A stretch of DNA of 64,000 nucleotides from Phoronis australis (GCA_002633005.1 NMRA01000261.1:1-64000), one strand, 5' to 3'. Positions 34,983 to 50,300 are shown, numbered from the stretch's first letter. A program made the numbers and translations. Notes: generated by a model from the letters alone, not told the origin.

Positions 34983-35900
34983 CGTAATCCGCTGGCTGGT
35001 CGGCTCAAATAACGGGACGGGAGGTAAAAGGCTGCTTTTGGCAATACACCCAGGCCCGCGGCGCTGTCCGTCGACGATACTTTACTGATGTGGAGTTGCA
35101 GCTCCCGTCGCCTGTAACTCCCTGTTGAATCAGTGTTTTGCGTTGTGTTCCTTTTAATTAACAACAAGTGTAAACAGTGAAATTTGTAAGTTCGTTTGCC
35201 GACAGTGCACTGCCAGCTACAGGAAGCGTGCACAACACTTCTCAAGAAAATGGCGGTAAAAAGTGACGTAACAGTGCCATCTTTGGACAAATTGAATGAC
35301 TTTCCAGAACGTGAGAAACTTAGGCTGAAGACCCATCCGAACTTGAGTGGTACAGTGGGTTGTTAGTTAGTTGGTGTCTATGTGGTTCAAAAGTTACCTG
35401 GCAGCGCATGCTAGCTAAAACACGCTCGTTACTTTTTGTAGTCACTTTTGCTCAGGGGGAGATGAACTTAATCCAGACAAACGAAGTCAGGCCACGCCCA
35501 CCTTAGTTACTGTTGCGACGGTCACATTGGCTAACAAAGCGGAACTCTTAGAAACCATTCAATAGCAGCAGATATCGGATTATCTGGCGGTATACGATGT
35601 TTGTTGACCATAATTCACGGCTGAATTAAATAATTACCATGAAGACCCACAATAACAAAATGGATCCTCGGATAATGTGTCCTTGGCTGCACGCTGCCGC
35701 AGACGCCGGAAGTGTCAGATCAAAGTAGTTGCTTCGCGTTGTAATCTACTTTTGTGTTCCGCCATACCCGGTATGGAGGTGCTATGGTACATAGCCTATA
35801 GGCCTACATTACTTCCGATAGCCCTAATTACGTCAGGTCAGTGTGGATGGTAAAACAACACTGTACGCCGTGGCTGCGCCGAACTGAGTATTTCTCAAAC
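34983..35900 (-). promoter_or_regulatory. Probable non-coding first exon (~35280-34983) and promoter of the TTC3/DZIP3-like gene
   Basis: CpG-enriched; donor ACG|gtaaca at 34983. YY1-like aaaatggcgg (~35247), GC-box gccacgcccacc (~35492), ETS-like gccggaagtg (~35705), CRE-like ttacgtca (~35828). Confidence 0.6.
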
Positions 35901-36429
35901 ACTTCTAGGATACCTAACCAGAAAGTGTCTCGAATTCAGTGTCGATGGGGCCACGTTTCTTAAGTCATCACGTGCGCTCAGTATCGCTTACATTTTGTGA
36001 AAATTTATCGCCGTAGATGATTTTCTTGCACTTTGCGCTTGTTTGTATGCTGACATACGGTGTAGGTTGTATGCTTCAGTGCTCTTATCAGCAACATGAC
36101 TGAACTTCAGTGTCTCTCACTTTTATGTTGATTGATTGGCATTTCAACTGCCTCAAGCGCATATAGAACCATGGAAACGTTTTCGTTCGCAACCAGTGTT
36201 TTATTTTGGATGAGGATCTTACCGATGTAAAAACTAGAAACACCCATTTACTAGCTGACATAGTGTTTTAAGTCAAACTTCCGTACCGCTTTGAAACCAC
36301 TAACAGATTTCTTTGTAAGTTTATAACCATTAATTGAATTTAAGCTCATAAAATGGTCACTTAGATTTGAAGACTTTTTAACCCAGCATACGTAAACAAA
36401 ATATAAAATCCTTCAGTAGAAATCTGTCG

Positions 36430-38300
36430 AGAAAAAGAGTCCATTGTAGAGTTTGGCGTTCCCATGGAGCGAACCCTTTCGCCTAAAAAGACCGGATTCG
36501 TTTTTCAGTTAAGACACAAGTCACCCAAATAGGAGCCCAGTTGTGCCTTCCATCAACCACACTCGCCCCTTAAGCCATGACATTGGGCGTTTTTTGTTTG
36601 GTGACAAGGCATACTTGCAGAAATAGTTATGAAATTTTTCTATAAAGTTGACAATTGAGACACTCCAAATTTCTCCACCATGGCTTAAAATTGGCAGATT
36701 CATACTATCAAACAGCTCAGAAATCACTGACGGTGAAGAGCAATCTAATTTAGACAAGAATACCTATACAGTCAGTGCCACTGATATTGTCCAGAGATTC
36801 CAATTCTTCAGTTTGGTTATCACCATATTTGCACTTTTGTATATATTTTATGATTTGAGTTCTAATAAAGATTAAACGTTAATGACACGTGAAATGTTTA
36901 GTGTACCTGTAATGTGGTAAGTTTAGAGATGGGCTCACAATGAACTTAACTAAAGTTGACGATCAAAATCTACCACTTTTTTGGTAATACAAGTTTAAAA
37001 CTTAGACAAAAAGTTATCAGCCCGTTCCCGGTAAAAAAAAAACAGGTGGGCAGAAGCATTAAAAATTAAATAAAGAAAACCAATATGAAACTTATCGCTC
37101 CTTTGGGAAGTGGTCCTTTGTGAAGATAAACACAAGTTAACCTTTTTAGTCATTTTGTAATATTCATAATGTACCAAGTTTAAACCACTCTCCAGAGTTG
37201 CAGGCCATAACTCTGCAAATGTCAGAGAAAACCAAATTGGGGGTACTTACAACAACCATTGTTGAGACAGTAATGCTAACAATTACCGTTCCACTTCATT
37301 AGCTCAGATCAACATCAATACAAAGGGCGTGGTGAATAGGCATCATAAAAGTTGTCTGCCTGGGGCCTAGGGAATCAAAGCGGAGTCACCAGTGTAAGCG
37401 AGAAATTCTCCAGTAAACTTTTCCTCGTCGTTTGTTAAGTATTTCTGGATCAAGTTTAAAGTGGTCTATTGTAGACTATTTTGCGCGAAACTCAGCTAGT
37501 TCTTCTGGCATGCATTTAGCGACGTTCGCCCAATCAGGGAGCTTCTTCTTGAGAATGGATGTAAATATTTTACACTTTTGTCAAATAAAAATTTCCTTCT
37601 GTAGTTGCTTGGGTTACTCTTGTCTCCCTCTTTGACCAAGCTCTAGGAAAAGTTCCGGTGTTGAAAATTCTGTTAAATATGTCGTGCGATGCTGTAGTTA
37701 AGATTTTCGGCGGATGGCTTGAAAAATTCATTTGGTATACCGTCCTCACCTGGTGGTTTACTATTTTTAAGAGATTGAATGGTTCAAGTGTATGATTTCG
37801 TTTTAGCTGATACTGTTATTTAAAATACGATGATCGTCGTAAGAGTTTCGTTTGCACATGTCTCGCATTGAGTGTCATGGTCGTACAAGGTTGGAGTCAC
37901 AGTCTCAGAAAATGTTTTCTTCCCTCCTCTCGTTGAGAACTAATCAGATCCTTCAAAATAGCCAAAAAAACCCTTCCGATAGTGAGATACAGACATAGCT
38001 TGGACTGCTTGATGATGGCAGTGTTATGTTACTGTCCCTAAAAACTTGACAGTATCCTGAACCTGATCACACAATTCCCTTTGATATTTGGTTTGGTACA
38101 ATTCCTTCTTCTCTTCACACAATTTTTAAAATCCATTTTTATTTTTAAGTAGTTCGCCAGATCGTTGTTATTGCTAGATCCTAGTCTAAAACGCTTCAAT
38201 AACGATAGCTTTTCTAACACATTTTCCGCTCACATTCAATAACAGACCACACAGAATCTGTGTTTTCAAGTAAACGTAAAATTCTTAAAAACAAAGAATA
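36430..38300 (-). mobile_element. Decayed LINE (L2/CR1-like) ORF2 relic
   Basis: KPPGEDGIPNEFFK (~37760-37718; RT KSPGxDG motif) and LFDSMNLPILSHGGEIW..IEKFHNYFCKYAL (post-RT region); many stops. Confidence 0.75.
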
Positions 38301-39800
38301 TCCTGGCCAGGTCCCCAAAGTGGTAATTTCAGCACTGGTGGTTGTTCTATCATGTTTTTGCCTGCTCCATGTACTGTTGTGACTCTTTTCTCGACTGCCC
38401 TGTTTCACTCTCACATCTGGAAATGGGAGGCAAGTACCCTTCCAAATACTGGCCTCCCTCCACCTTCACGAAAATGTGTACGAATAGGCTGATGTTAACA
38501 GATGTCTTGTACTTTTAGAAGTTAGGAGATGTATCATCTATTAAGATTTCTCGAAAGGCTTTCCGCACCGTAACAAAGAAATATCCCGAGACAAATAGAA
38601 TATTCGTTTACATGAAAGCCTAGCCGAACGTTTTCTCTGCACCATGAAAAGGATAACTGAACGTCTAACACTCACGAACCTTTCTAGCTAATGACGGTCA
38701 CATCAGCCTGTTTTAGAAGTTACGTAGAGTATTACCATGAAATAGGATAGTCAAAAAAGCTCAAATTAATCTCGCCATAAACCCTACTGAGAAAGTGTGT
38801 GGTGATATGTTTTTTTTTCATGGCGATAAAGAAAAAAAGAAAACTTTATCTTTAGTTTTATGCGCGTGAGCACGAAAAATATAGCTTTTTGCCACAAAGC
38901 AACAAATAAAAAGACATTGATGTCCTGGACACCATGATCGATGATACAATTTTTAAAATGTTTCATAACCACTTAAAAGCTGCACTTCCCTCTATTCAGT
39001 TGACTAAAAAAAACTAAAAAATTGAAGTAGGCATTTTACTCTTGTAAAATCAGCCTCGTAATACTCCTTACCACGATAATATCATATTTCTGTTACCTTC
39101 AGGAATATCGAAACCAACTGCGATTAAACAAAACGCTTCAGAATTTATTGCGGTTGATTAATCATAAAATTTCGAATTTGGAAACGGTGCATGTGCGTAT
39201 TGCTTGCGAATTGTATGAGTTGGTAACAAAAATATAACCTTGTCATGGAAATGAATATTAGGAGACTGATGTGTGTCGATATAGGGCTTTGTGGTCGCCT
39301 TCTGCCTACAAGCCACGGCAAAAGATTTCTGTTCAGGCACCTAGACCACAGTTTAAGGATCTCCTGCACGAAGTCACGCTATAATGGGAACTCCTTAAGG
39401 TTAGTTGGATTACAGGCCATGTTTATAATTACTTGGATTCTTCTAATTCTAATCCTAATACTAGTTAGGAGTATCTCTTCAGCTGATTTCTAGGCACTGT
39501 CAGTTTGCAAATGCTGGAAGCTAGGCTCAACTAGTTGGCTGAGCCAGCAGGTCACTTTCTGCCTAGCACAGTCTCCAGCAAACTGTTACTTATCCAAAAG
39601 CCCGAAAATCACTTCCAATCAGAGTAAGGAACAAGTTGATGTCAGTTTTATGATGGTCAGTGCACTAAATCAAAAATGTTAGTTTCTTTGCAGGAGGCCA
39701 CATACAAACAATGGTATACAAAAAGAAACGCTTCAGGATTATTTGGACCCATGAAGCAGAAAGAGAAAAGGGGATTGAAATTGATTACATAATTATACTA

Positions 39801-39806
39801 TTTATT
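39801..39806 (-). terminator. Candidate AATAAA polyadenylation signal of the LIM gene
   Basis: tttatt on the + strand ~1.5 kb after the stop codon at 41319. Confidence 0.45.
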
Positions 39807-40829
39807 TCAACACTTATATAAATAAACAAATAATGTGTAATACAATAAGCTAGAAGTACCAGTTAAGCACTCTTGACTTGTACAATTATCATGGCAAGAC
39901 ACATGAAGAACATTTAAAAGGGAAGACCTTGTTAACACGAAAACCCTAAAGATCTGAGATCATCGGTAAATTGATAAAGACTGCTTTTACCCAATCCACA
40001 TAATTAGCTTTCCAGTAACAAAGTTACAACCATTTCAACAGATAGACATAACACAAAGCATGAGAAACGTCAAACCATCCCGGAGTCTCAGTACAGTACA
40101 AATGTAGACTGGGCGTAGGGCAGACCAAGTGGTTACTCCACACAATTTTTGACGAGGGGGAGAGGGCCGCACCAAAAAAAATAGGATAACTACCCATTAG
40201 AAAATAGGTTCAGCTTCCATGATGAAGTCAACTATTCACAGATATTTGTTCCATAAACAGGTCCATCTTATCGTATGGATCAGTTCCATAAAACAGTACA
40301 AGAATAGGTACATCTAGACATAGATAACATTAAAAACCTTCAGTAAATTTGCAAAGTTGGAAAAAGAAACCCTTTGTAGAGTTTGAACCCTTTTGCAGGG
40401 CATCATGCCAGGAGGACACAATTTTGCTGGAAATTTGGTCTGAAAAGCAAAATTTGGAAGGGAGCTTGAATGGAAAAGCACCACCATTTTGTAGAGAAAC
40501 AGGTTGTACAAAAATCCTGTATACCTTTCAACCTATGGGAGTACCCCCCCAGGAGTGCAGACATACCAATGGATAAGTAGTAGCCTTGGAGTGTACTTAA
40601 ATGTTTGGAAGCAGAACTTTTGGTATAATGACAAACAAACAGTGTGACCAAAAATTAGACATGTATACAAAAGATAAATAGTCATGCAACATAAAGCAAA
40701 TTCCACAAAAAATCTACAGCACTTGTACAATACATGATAAAAATTAGCAACTAAAAAGAACTCAAAAATATTCAAATGAGCTTGAACATTTGGCCAATTA
40801 GAGCTGTGCTAAAAAGTATGTGCACCTTA

Positions 40830-40966
40830 GAGGCATGTGTGTCGCATATCACATGAATGAGGGTCACTAGGTGGCATGTGTGTCACATATAACATGAATG
40901 ATGGTCACACTAGGTGGCATGTGTGTCACATATAACATGAATGAGGGCCTCTAGGTGGCATGTGTG
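40830..40966. repeat. ~39-bp tandem repeat (~3.5 copies) in the putative 3' UTR
   Basis: taggtggcatgtgtgtcacatataacatgaatga units. Confidence 0.85.
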
Positions 40967-41318
40967 AAACAACAAGCCTATCTGAAGAAGCACAAATGTA
41001 CATTCAGGTAGTCACAAGACAACCATATCCCACAAATGCCCCCTGCTCGTGAACACCTTTTTGTTCGCTGTCCATTCACATGATACATAGAGCCCTCCTC
41101 CATAAACAGATGCTCTCCATCTGCATAAGCGCCACCTAGTGAATATCATGCCGGACATTTCAGATGGACAGAACCAGAAATCCATGAGGATGCAGCTATG
41201 GCAACTTGAGCAACTGAAATCATGTCATGTGTTGGGCTGTGCTGAGTGAGTATTAAGTGTTCCAACAGTTCATCGATCACAGACACTAAGAAAGCATTTG
41301 ACAGTGTCAATCACAGTC

Positions 41319-44300
41319 TCACTTCTGGTTGTCCACATCCATTGAATCCTCATCCTCATCCTCAGAATACCGACCACCCTCTCCTGTTCTCGACACAGTC
41401 TCGAAAAATGATCTACAACACAAACCGTGATAAGTAAGAACAAAATTAATATGGATGTAAAACACATGTACTTGTCTACTGTCCCACTTTGGCAGGACCT
41501 GTCCCAGTGTCCCGCCTTTTTAAGGTCTGTCTCACCACATCATACAAATGTCCCCCTCTTTGACACACAGGGAAACTAACTTCATAATTACATTATTGTG
41601 ATTTCTACTCAATGTAGCCATATTTTCCCATTCAACTAAAAATGTCATCAGGGTATTCCGGTGTGTTGCAACACTCATGAAAATGAAATGCTGATGGGGG
41701 TCATTTTAGATGTGGTGGACATTCAACTCTTGAATTGTGCTTTGGCATAGGCCCAAATGGCACGCTTTATATCCGGATATTCCACTCTTTCAATCCAAGT
41801 GTCTCGTTTTTTATTCTTGAATGATGGTTACCATGCAACAATACTGACACCAATGATCTCATATACATCCCATGACCAAAATGGACAAATAAGAATGGAC
41901 AGCAGTAAAGAATGTTTGCAACCACAACATCAACAAAAAACATAGACTAAAACAGCCTACACCACATCAGTGAAACACAGTTACCACCTGGTTTTGGTCG
42001 TGATGGTAGTTTGCTAAACCACACTAAATTATTCATAATGCAGACTTATAACATAACAGTCTCTCCACCATAAAGTTCTTGAGAGAGGCAGTGCCGGGCG
42101 GCGTGCTCAGTCAATGCAGACGACGCCAGAATGTGTAATGGTGAATGAATAGATGGGGAGAGAACTGCTCTGTCTTTATTAACCTCTTAAAGGTATCCTC
42201 CCAAGGTTAAACCCTTAGAATAATGATTTGAACTTGCTTAAAAAAATCTCCGCTTAAGGAATGAAAGCAGTGAATTTATCCCCATAATTTAACATAATAA
42301 CCTCACCAAACAATCACTTCAGGGGCTGTCATTTTATTAAGCTATTAAGCTTGTGAAAGACTCGCATGATTTTGTAAGGTTCTGAAAGGCATTGTTTTTC
42401 TCACAAGAAACTTGGTATACGGCAGGTTACAGACAGTAGCACATTGTACAAACACCACTGTCTGGTCCCATGACATAATTCCTAGGTCACCAAGTCAGAT
42501 ACACACTTTAAGCAAATTTGTAGCCAGCAATCTCTAATCGATTACACGACAATAGTGAACATAGCAAAAAGTGCCTTTGTCCCTCGTATTTGTGTTGAGT
42601 AGCAAATACCGGAATTGACTGTTTTAGTCTGGGAATGATCTGAACATCTATTTAGTTACATAACTTCACACCAAGGAACCAATATTGGGGGGGGGGGGTC
42701 AGTGCCCAGTAGAAGCAATGCGTTTCAGATACTATTCTGAGTTTTCTGAACATAAAGACACAAGTTTAGGAATATATCTTTATTGGGGTATAAAGATGGC
42801 ACCGGCAACAACATTTATGCAACATTTCCCCACTTTAAAAAGCAGAAGTGTGTAAGCGAGTAAATAGCGTGACACCTTAAGCAGAAAGTTTATTAATTTA
42901 TATTTGGTAGTTGTGACAACAAGCATGCATTGAGACCAACAACATAACAGTTCTTACCACATTGTCTCATTCATCACTAAACAAAGAAGTAGAATCAAAC
43001 GTATAAATATCGAAGGTAAAGTTTTGTAAATACCCAGCAATGTTCCTTTAACAGAGTCATAATACTACTAAAGACTTATAGTAGAAAATGTAACAACAGC
43101 TGCACCTTTCCAAACTGAAAACCAAACGTATCTTTCAGTAGAGGAAAATTACTCACTGATTCACCAAAGTATATGTCCAACACACCAGAGTCTTTAATTA
43201 AAAAGATTGTATTCCTAAGAAATAGGAACTATAAACTGAAGTGATAACCAGTCTCTGCATTGTTATACATAGGAAACAAATGTTCCTGCAGGACAGGTGC
43301 CATCCACAGTGGTACTGGGATATAAGTATAGTGCAGCTGGTATGGAAATTGGACACGTGTCATTTATAATTAAGACGTTTCATAATCTTCTAAGCACTGC
43401 TGTAAGAGTTAAAGCGAAGGTGAAGAGCAACCGTTATTTCCACTAGGGGGCACAGCTTGTAGGATATATCCACAACGTTCCAGTGTGCTACAGTATATGC
43501 TACTTGCATAGATATGGCAGTTTTGTGAAAACCTTAGCAATATTGTTTGAGAAACCAACAATCAATCTACAACCACGCAAATAGCAGAGAAACAACCCGA
43601 ATTCAGTACAGCCGCCAACCTGGTTAAGAGTTAAAAGTTGTAGTCACTTTATGAAGCATTAATTCTAGTATTTCCTCAATCCAAGGTTATTTTAAGTATT
43701 AGTAACAACTTAAAGTTGCTAACTGCTCTAGCTGTTGCCTTTAGTTACCTGAACTTGGATGCCTTCTTCATGGTCCTTAGTTCGTCTCGTATGGACGTGT
43801 TTGCCTCTTCTGGTTCTTCGTCATCCTCTTCATCCTCCTCGTCCGAGATGACAACGTGACCGGCCTTCTTCTCGCCACTCTCTATGGCCTTGAATCGTGA
43901 CAGCAGATTCTGCATATTGGCTACAACGATGAATGATTGGATCACTGCAACTGTCTAGTAAGATGGGGCCCTGTAAAACTAAATTAGCTTGGCGACACCA
44001 CACTAGGGTGACTTACTAGATACAGAGGCCAGTGTAAAACAATTCCACAATAGGTGATGAACATATAGTCAAATCTGTGGGAAAAATTGTGCATGCTATC
44101 ATCCATAATAGGAACATTGAGTATGAAATTTCATTAACATCCATAAGTGGTTATGGAGATAGAGTTGTCTACATGTGGTGTATGGAGATGAAAGCCATTT
44201 GTAGCCACGTAATGAGGTTGTATAAAAACACAAATGAATACCGCACCATTATAATTTGGTTAAAAAAAGTGCCATGCACAAGCATGAAAACGCAAACATG

Positions 44301-47300
44301 CCAATGAAGAGCTCAAAATTCACTAGGTAGTGCTAGCGACACAACGGTACTAGCGTACATGTGACACTGGCCAGGAATGCCTTAATGCTACTGACCAGTC
44401 TTCTGGTTTCATACTATTCAGATACTAAAAGTAAGAATAGTTCTTCAATGGTGCCACCTGGTGACTACAGAAGGCTCACTGATGCTCTGCAAGAACTACA
44501 GTCACCAATATATAATGACAAGTAATTAAACTCTATAATTATACTTGATAAGCAATTTTAGTACTCAGTTTATCATGCTAATAACCAAGTCAAGACAGAT
44601 TGTCGAGGTGAATGCTCAAGCTTCAGAAACACACGTGTTAAAGCCCAACTCTAGTTTTCAACATATCTATTTCAAAACGATATGGTTCAAAACCACCTCA
44701 TACTGTGATTTTCATCAATCAACCCAAGATGTTTAATGTCACTGTGATCAATTTCAACTTAAAAATACAAAAATTGCACATCTGTGGCTTTTAAGTAGTA
44801 TAGTGTGTTCCTTCAGCCAATGTTTTATGCCACTAGTTTGGGTAAACGCCTATCCCTGTTTTTCAATAAATTTCACTTTTGAAAGCCCATGCTTGGCTCA
44901 GTGCTCTGTTGTACCCAAGTTTTTCAACTCAAATGCCCTGAACGTTAACCCAGACGAGTGTGATAAGAGAATAAAATGGTGCAAAATTACAGTTGGAAGC
45001 ATGAGATACAGGTAAAAGATATAAAGTCATGCTCAGAATATAAGGAGTCAGAAAGCAAGCATATTTCCTGTATAACAATTTGAAAGTGACAGGTGAAAAC
45101 AAGCTCTTGATAATGCAGAGCAAAACTACTAGGAGACATGATGTGTCAAAGGTACAAAAATCTACAATGAAGACAGTTTAATGTGGCACAAATACAAGCT
45201 CCATTTCACTATAGGACGGTGGAAAACTGTTGGTAATGATTCCCCTTATTTGTCCCAACCGAATAGAAGGACTTGTGAGCACGGGACATGTACACACAAT
45301 TTGAAGGTTGAAGTCAAATTTCTCATGTTCTTTAAAATGATGAGAAAAAACCTTTTTGGTATACAAAAACATCCCAGACAGTAAATAAACAAGGAGTTCT
45401 TGCACATAGCAATAAAAAGTTGTTTGTATACATTGCATAACACTACTGTACACGATAGACTTTAGAAACAGTAGAAAAGTGTAGACATATTAGAGTACAG
45501 CAGTACAGGCACGCATAGTACAGAAATACAGGCAGACAGGGAGAGAAAGGCAGAGTAGCACAGGGAAGCTATTAACACTATGCACTGGACATTACTTGAC
45601 AACCGGGTTCTTTGCTCATCGTCACAGTGGTCTGCACTCATGGTGGGTGCCTGGACGTCCCTCTCATCTGGACTGGTCACCTCATTGGTATTGTTGCCAT
45701 CACTTGAGTGATCGTCAGTTACCATCTCCTGAGATGGGTTGTCTACCAAAGAATCACTCCTTGCCCCAGGGCTTTCATCAGACATTTCCTGAGACCCATT
45801 CACACCCGAATCACCATCGTCATCACCATCATCAGTCTCAGCAGAACGAGAGAAGCAGCTGTCATTAGACAAATTTTCAGAGTAATTATTAGCTTGACTG
45901 TTCTCTTCGGACAGTAGAGAGTTGTCAACACTGGCCAGGTTTTCACGGAACTCAGCAGAGATATCATAACTCTCATCAGTGACTCCCTCACCTTCTGCAC
46001 TGGCGAGAATTTCCCAGTCACCCAGACTGTCAGATACTGCCAGCTCTCTACCACCATTTCCTTGCACCTCCACCAAGTCCGACACCGAGTCTCCTCCAGA
46101 CTCTTCATCTATAACCAGTTGAACAAGTTCCTCCTGCCTGGGGGAGTCTGACTCAGCGGGCTCATCACTGGCTGGCTCATCATCACTGGCTGGCTCATCA
46201 TCACTGGCTGGCTCATCATCACTGGCTGGCTCATCATCACTGGCTGGCTTTTCAGTAGGCTCATCATCAACCAGCTCATCGTTAACAACGTCACCACCAT
46301 CCGGACCACTACCATTGACAGCTTCCTTTTGCGCACTCATTTCAACAGTTAACTCCTCCACTCTTCCAACAGATGTCAGCACCGTGACACCACTACCAGA
46401 TTTCCCGCTTCTCGTTTCTGTGTCCATGGGCTTGACATCCTGCTTTAGGCGACCATGTTCCACATGTTTCGCGTTTCCAGAGGATTTCTCTTTCGTAGAG
46501 GTTTCTAAAGGACTGTTGACAGTGGGGAACTTTTTAAGAAAATCACGAAGTCTAGCTACAAGACATAAAGGGGTGAATCATTACAAACACACTCCTACAT
46601 GCGTATCAAACAGTTAGTGCATGAACACTACATCTCACAAAAACTGTCTACGAAACAAAAAATCATGCTGTTCTAACCAGTTAGTTAACGGGATATATGT
46701 TGGTGTATAGTCAAACCTAGGATCAATGCATCTCTCAAGCACTTTTCTTGAACGTTCGTTGTACCCGACATTCACCGAAGCCAAGTCAACTTGCATGAAG
46801 TAAAATTGGTTTGGGACTTGTGGAATGGAATGTTACAAGCAAACAAACATAAAGCAGGCACATTGTAACATGGTTTGACTCTACAGTAGTTACACAGGCA
46901 ACAACAAGTCTTCACATTCCAACGTTTTAAGNTGTCCATGGGCTTGACATCCTGCTTTAGGCGACCATGTTCCACATGTCTCGTGTTTCCAGAGGATTTC
47001 TCTTTCGTAGAGGTTTCTAAAGGACTGTTGACAGTGGGGAACTTTTTAAGAAAATCACGAAGTCTAGCTACAAGACATAAAGGGGTGAATCATTACAAAC
47101 ACACTCCTACATGCGTATCAAACAGTTAGTGCATAAACACTACATCTCACAAAAACTGTCTACGAAACAAAAAATCATGCTGTTCTAACCAGTTAGTTAA
47201 CGGGATATATGTTGGTGTATAGTCAAACCTAGGATCAATGCATCTCTCAAGCACTTTTCTTGAACGTTCGTTGTACCCGACATTCACCGAAGCCAAGTCA

Positions 47301-50300
47301 ACTTGCATGAAGTAAAATTGGTTTGGGACTTGTGGAATGGAATGTTACAAGCAAACAAACATAAAGCAGGCACATTGTAACATGGTTTGACTCTACAGTA
47401 GTTACACAGGCAACAACAAGTCTTCACATTCCAACGTTTTAAGAATCCTTGCAGTCGTAATAAATGAACGTGTCACTGATCTCAAATGCACAACTGAACA
47501 AACATGTGCTAACATCGCTATCCATACACGTAACACAAATGCATTTACGTTCTACCAAAACAACTAATGTAATCACTGCACTATCACCAGAGGGCGCAGT
47601 GAATCTAATTTCTTGAAAAAAACTATAAACAAAGTGCTAGCTACATTCCTTTACTACTCACGCCCACACAGAAGCACCACTCTGGCTTACCCCTGGGTTT
47701 GGGTTGCTCATCTTCTTCAGTCCCTACGTCTCCCTGACCTATTTCTTTACCAGACAGGGCCTCTTCATAACGAGATCTGTAAAGCACAGGAAAGGTTACA
47801 GATAGATCAGCAAGCTGTACTTGGTCAATATCATACTTTAATAATCAGTCCAACTCATGTACTAGAGTATGGATAGATCACTCAGCTGAACTTGGTCAGA
47901 ATCCTTCAGTCCATCTCATTTAGTCTACAGATAGACCACTGAGCTGCCCTCATTTAATGGTCACATCCCTAAAACAACAAAATTAACGATCAATTGAAAT
48001 AAGCTTGCCCGATTCCAATTAGAATATCCAGGAAATAACAACTGTATTAGAACACGACATTTGCTGAGAGAAGATTAACTGGCAGGTGCTGTATAATCTG
48101 TTGTCAAATATCTCTCGAGGCAGATTTTGCCTATATTTCTAAAATGTATGGTTTGTCATTACTCAGTGGTAAGAAATCATAAACTATCATGATTGATAAC
48201 AAACCTGGTACGAAAAAATATAGCATTCTTTACCATGAATTTCTGTCAACCATTTTTATACTACCATGTGTAACCCTAGATATGGTTAACATGAATTCAT
48301 ATTAAAAAATCTAAATAGTGATCCGCCAAAACAGTGAGTAACCATGAAGGCCACCAATCTAGACATGGTATGTATGACTCCACACTACTAAGTCATAGTT
48401 ACATTCTCACTCATTAAAGCAACTGTATAAGAGAACTTTTACCACTGAGATCACCTCAAATATGACTACAGAACAAGTTGAGATTCATTTCATAATGGTC
48501 TACGGCAAAATTTGATTTTTTGATGGAAGGTCACTACTAAATGGTCACACAACACTTCGTTATGTTTGAGTGTACTTAGCTGAGTGTACGTGTCATTGCA
48601 CATCACTAATGTGCTAGATCATTTTGACACTTGATCAACTTGTAGACAGCAAAAGACTATGGTGTGAGAGATTCCTGAGCTAGATCAACTTGCTCAAGCG
48701 TGGCAAATTGCACCACCTGCACTCAAACATCTTAACATGGTGCAATTGGCTGTGTAACCAGACAACTGGTGGAAGGCAGAATCGAAATTGGATATCATTT
48801 GTGGATAGTATCTACCAGTTCACTGTGAAGACTTCAGAGTTGATCAACTTTCATATAAACACAGATTACAGATGATTAAGAGACTGACCAGTTGACATGT
48901 AGATCAGATGTCAAGTTGATCGGACATGAAGTTGATCAGATGTCAAGTTGATCAGAAATCAAGTTGATCAGAAATCAAGTTGATCAGACATCAAGTTGAT
49001 CAGATGTCAAATTGATCAGACATCAAGTTGATCAGATGTCAAATTGATCAGACATCAAGTTGATCAGATGTCAAGTTAATCAGATGTCAAGTTGATCAGA
49101 TGTCAAGTTGATCAGATGTCAAGTTGATTGCCAAGTTATTTGGCAAAAAAATTTAGTGTATGAAAAGTTTTGCATTTTGTTTACATTCATTTCTTGAATT
49201 TACAATATGTGACAGCACCTGAAGTAAACATGGTACTTGTGTAGCAGTGCAACAGTAGTCACTAACTACTCCATTAATCATTAGGTAAGTTGACTCCAAG
49301 TGATCACTAATCCTCTGATCCAATCAAACTGCCCATTGACTTAGAATAATGGCAGCTCTCAGGACGGTCTCTCACCTGGTATTCAAATTAACATTATGAC
49401 AGGAGTAGCCAAAAGTGTTCAGGTTCATTTTGGACAAAACCTTGCCTTGAATCAGCACAAGGGATATGCTTACTTCATAGATCCACGACCAGCTCTCATG
49501 GCCTCCAAATCCCGTCGGGCTTCACTGATGGGAGCACCCCCTGACGCCGCTCGCTTCATCTCCATCTCAAACCGAGCCTTCATGTTGCCAACTTGAATGG
49601 GGTCGGTGGTAATCACTACAGACAGACAGTCACTACATCAGTGACACATATCTCCATCAACAGGTAATGTCATTTCTCTCATAGAAGCACACAGGTATGC
49701 TTCAAAGTCAGCAATCAAAACTACTCTTTACCAGCCTTTTGTCAAAAATTCGGAGCACTCGTTGTAATGGATCTGGTAACAATTGTTTCGTACGCAGATT
49801 AGTACAGACAGTTCATTATTTCTTGATGTTATTCTTCCAAGCATAAAATGAACCGGCCACTGAGTCAAACCAACTTACTGGTTCTTCCCATAAATCCATA
49901 AATCACTTCTAAATTAAGAAAGAACATTTTGAGACCAATTTGATCACCATGAGGAGTCAAAAGTAAAACATAAGCTTGAGGAGAGAAGGTTAATGTTCAT
50001 AGCAGCTTCAAAAAGTGAATTTACTAGCAGTTTGCTAAAATTATGACAAGTTTTAACAGTTAGAACTTCTACAAATGCAAACAATTATAAAACACAAAAC
50101 AGCCCGGAACTTACTGAAATATTTTCCCCACTGCATCACCCTCTACTGATGTTCTGGGTCCTACCATGTGCCCTGAGCACGTCTGATGTACCGCAAATGA
50201 CATCAGACTACGTACACTCTTTTTTTACCAGTGTTCTTCAACAACTCCAAGGCCCCGGACCACGAGTTAGCCAACTTAAATCTGACTCCCTCATGTATGT

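Noticed and set aside
46933-47443. Duplicated exon start as a real tandem exon duplication
   Set aside because: Abuts a single N and is near-identical, typical of an unmerged contig or haplotype overlap.
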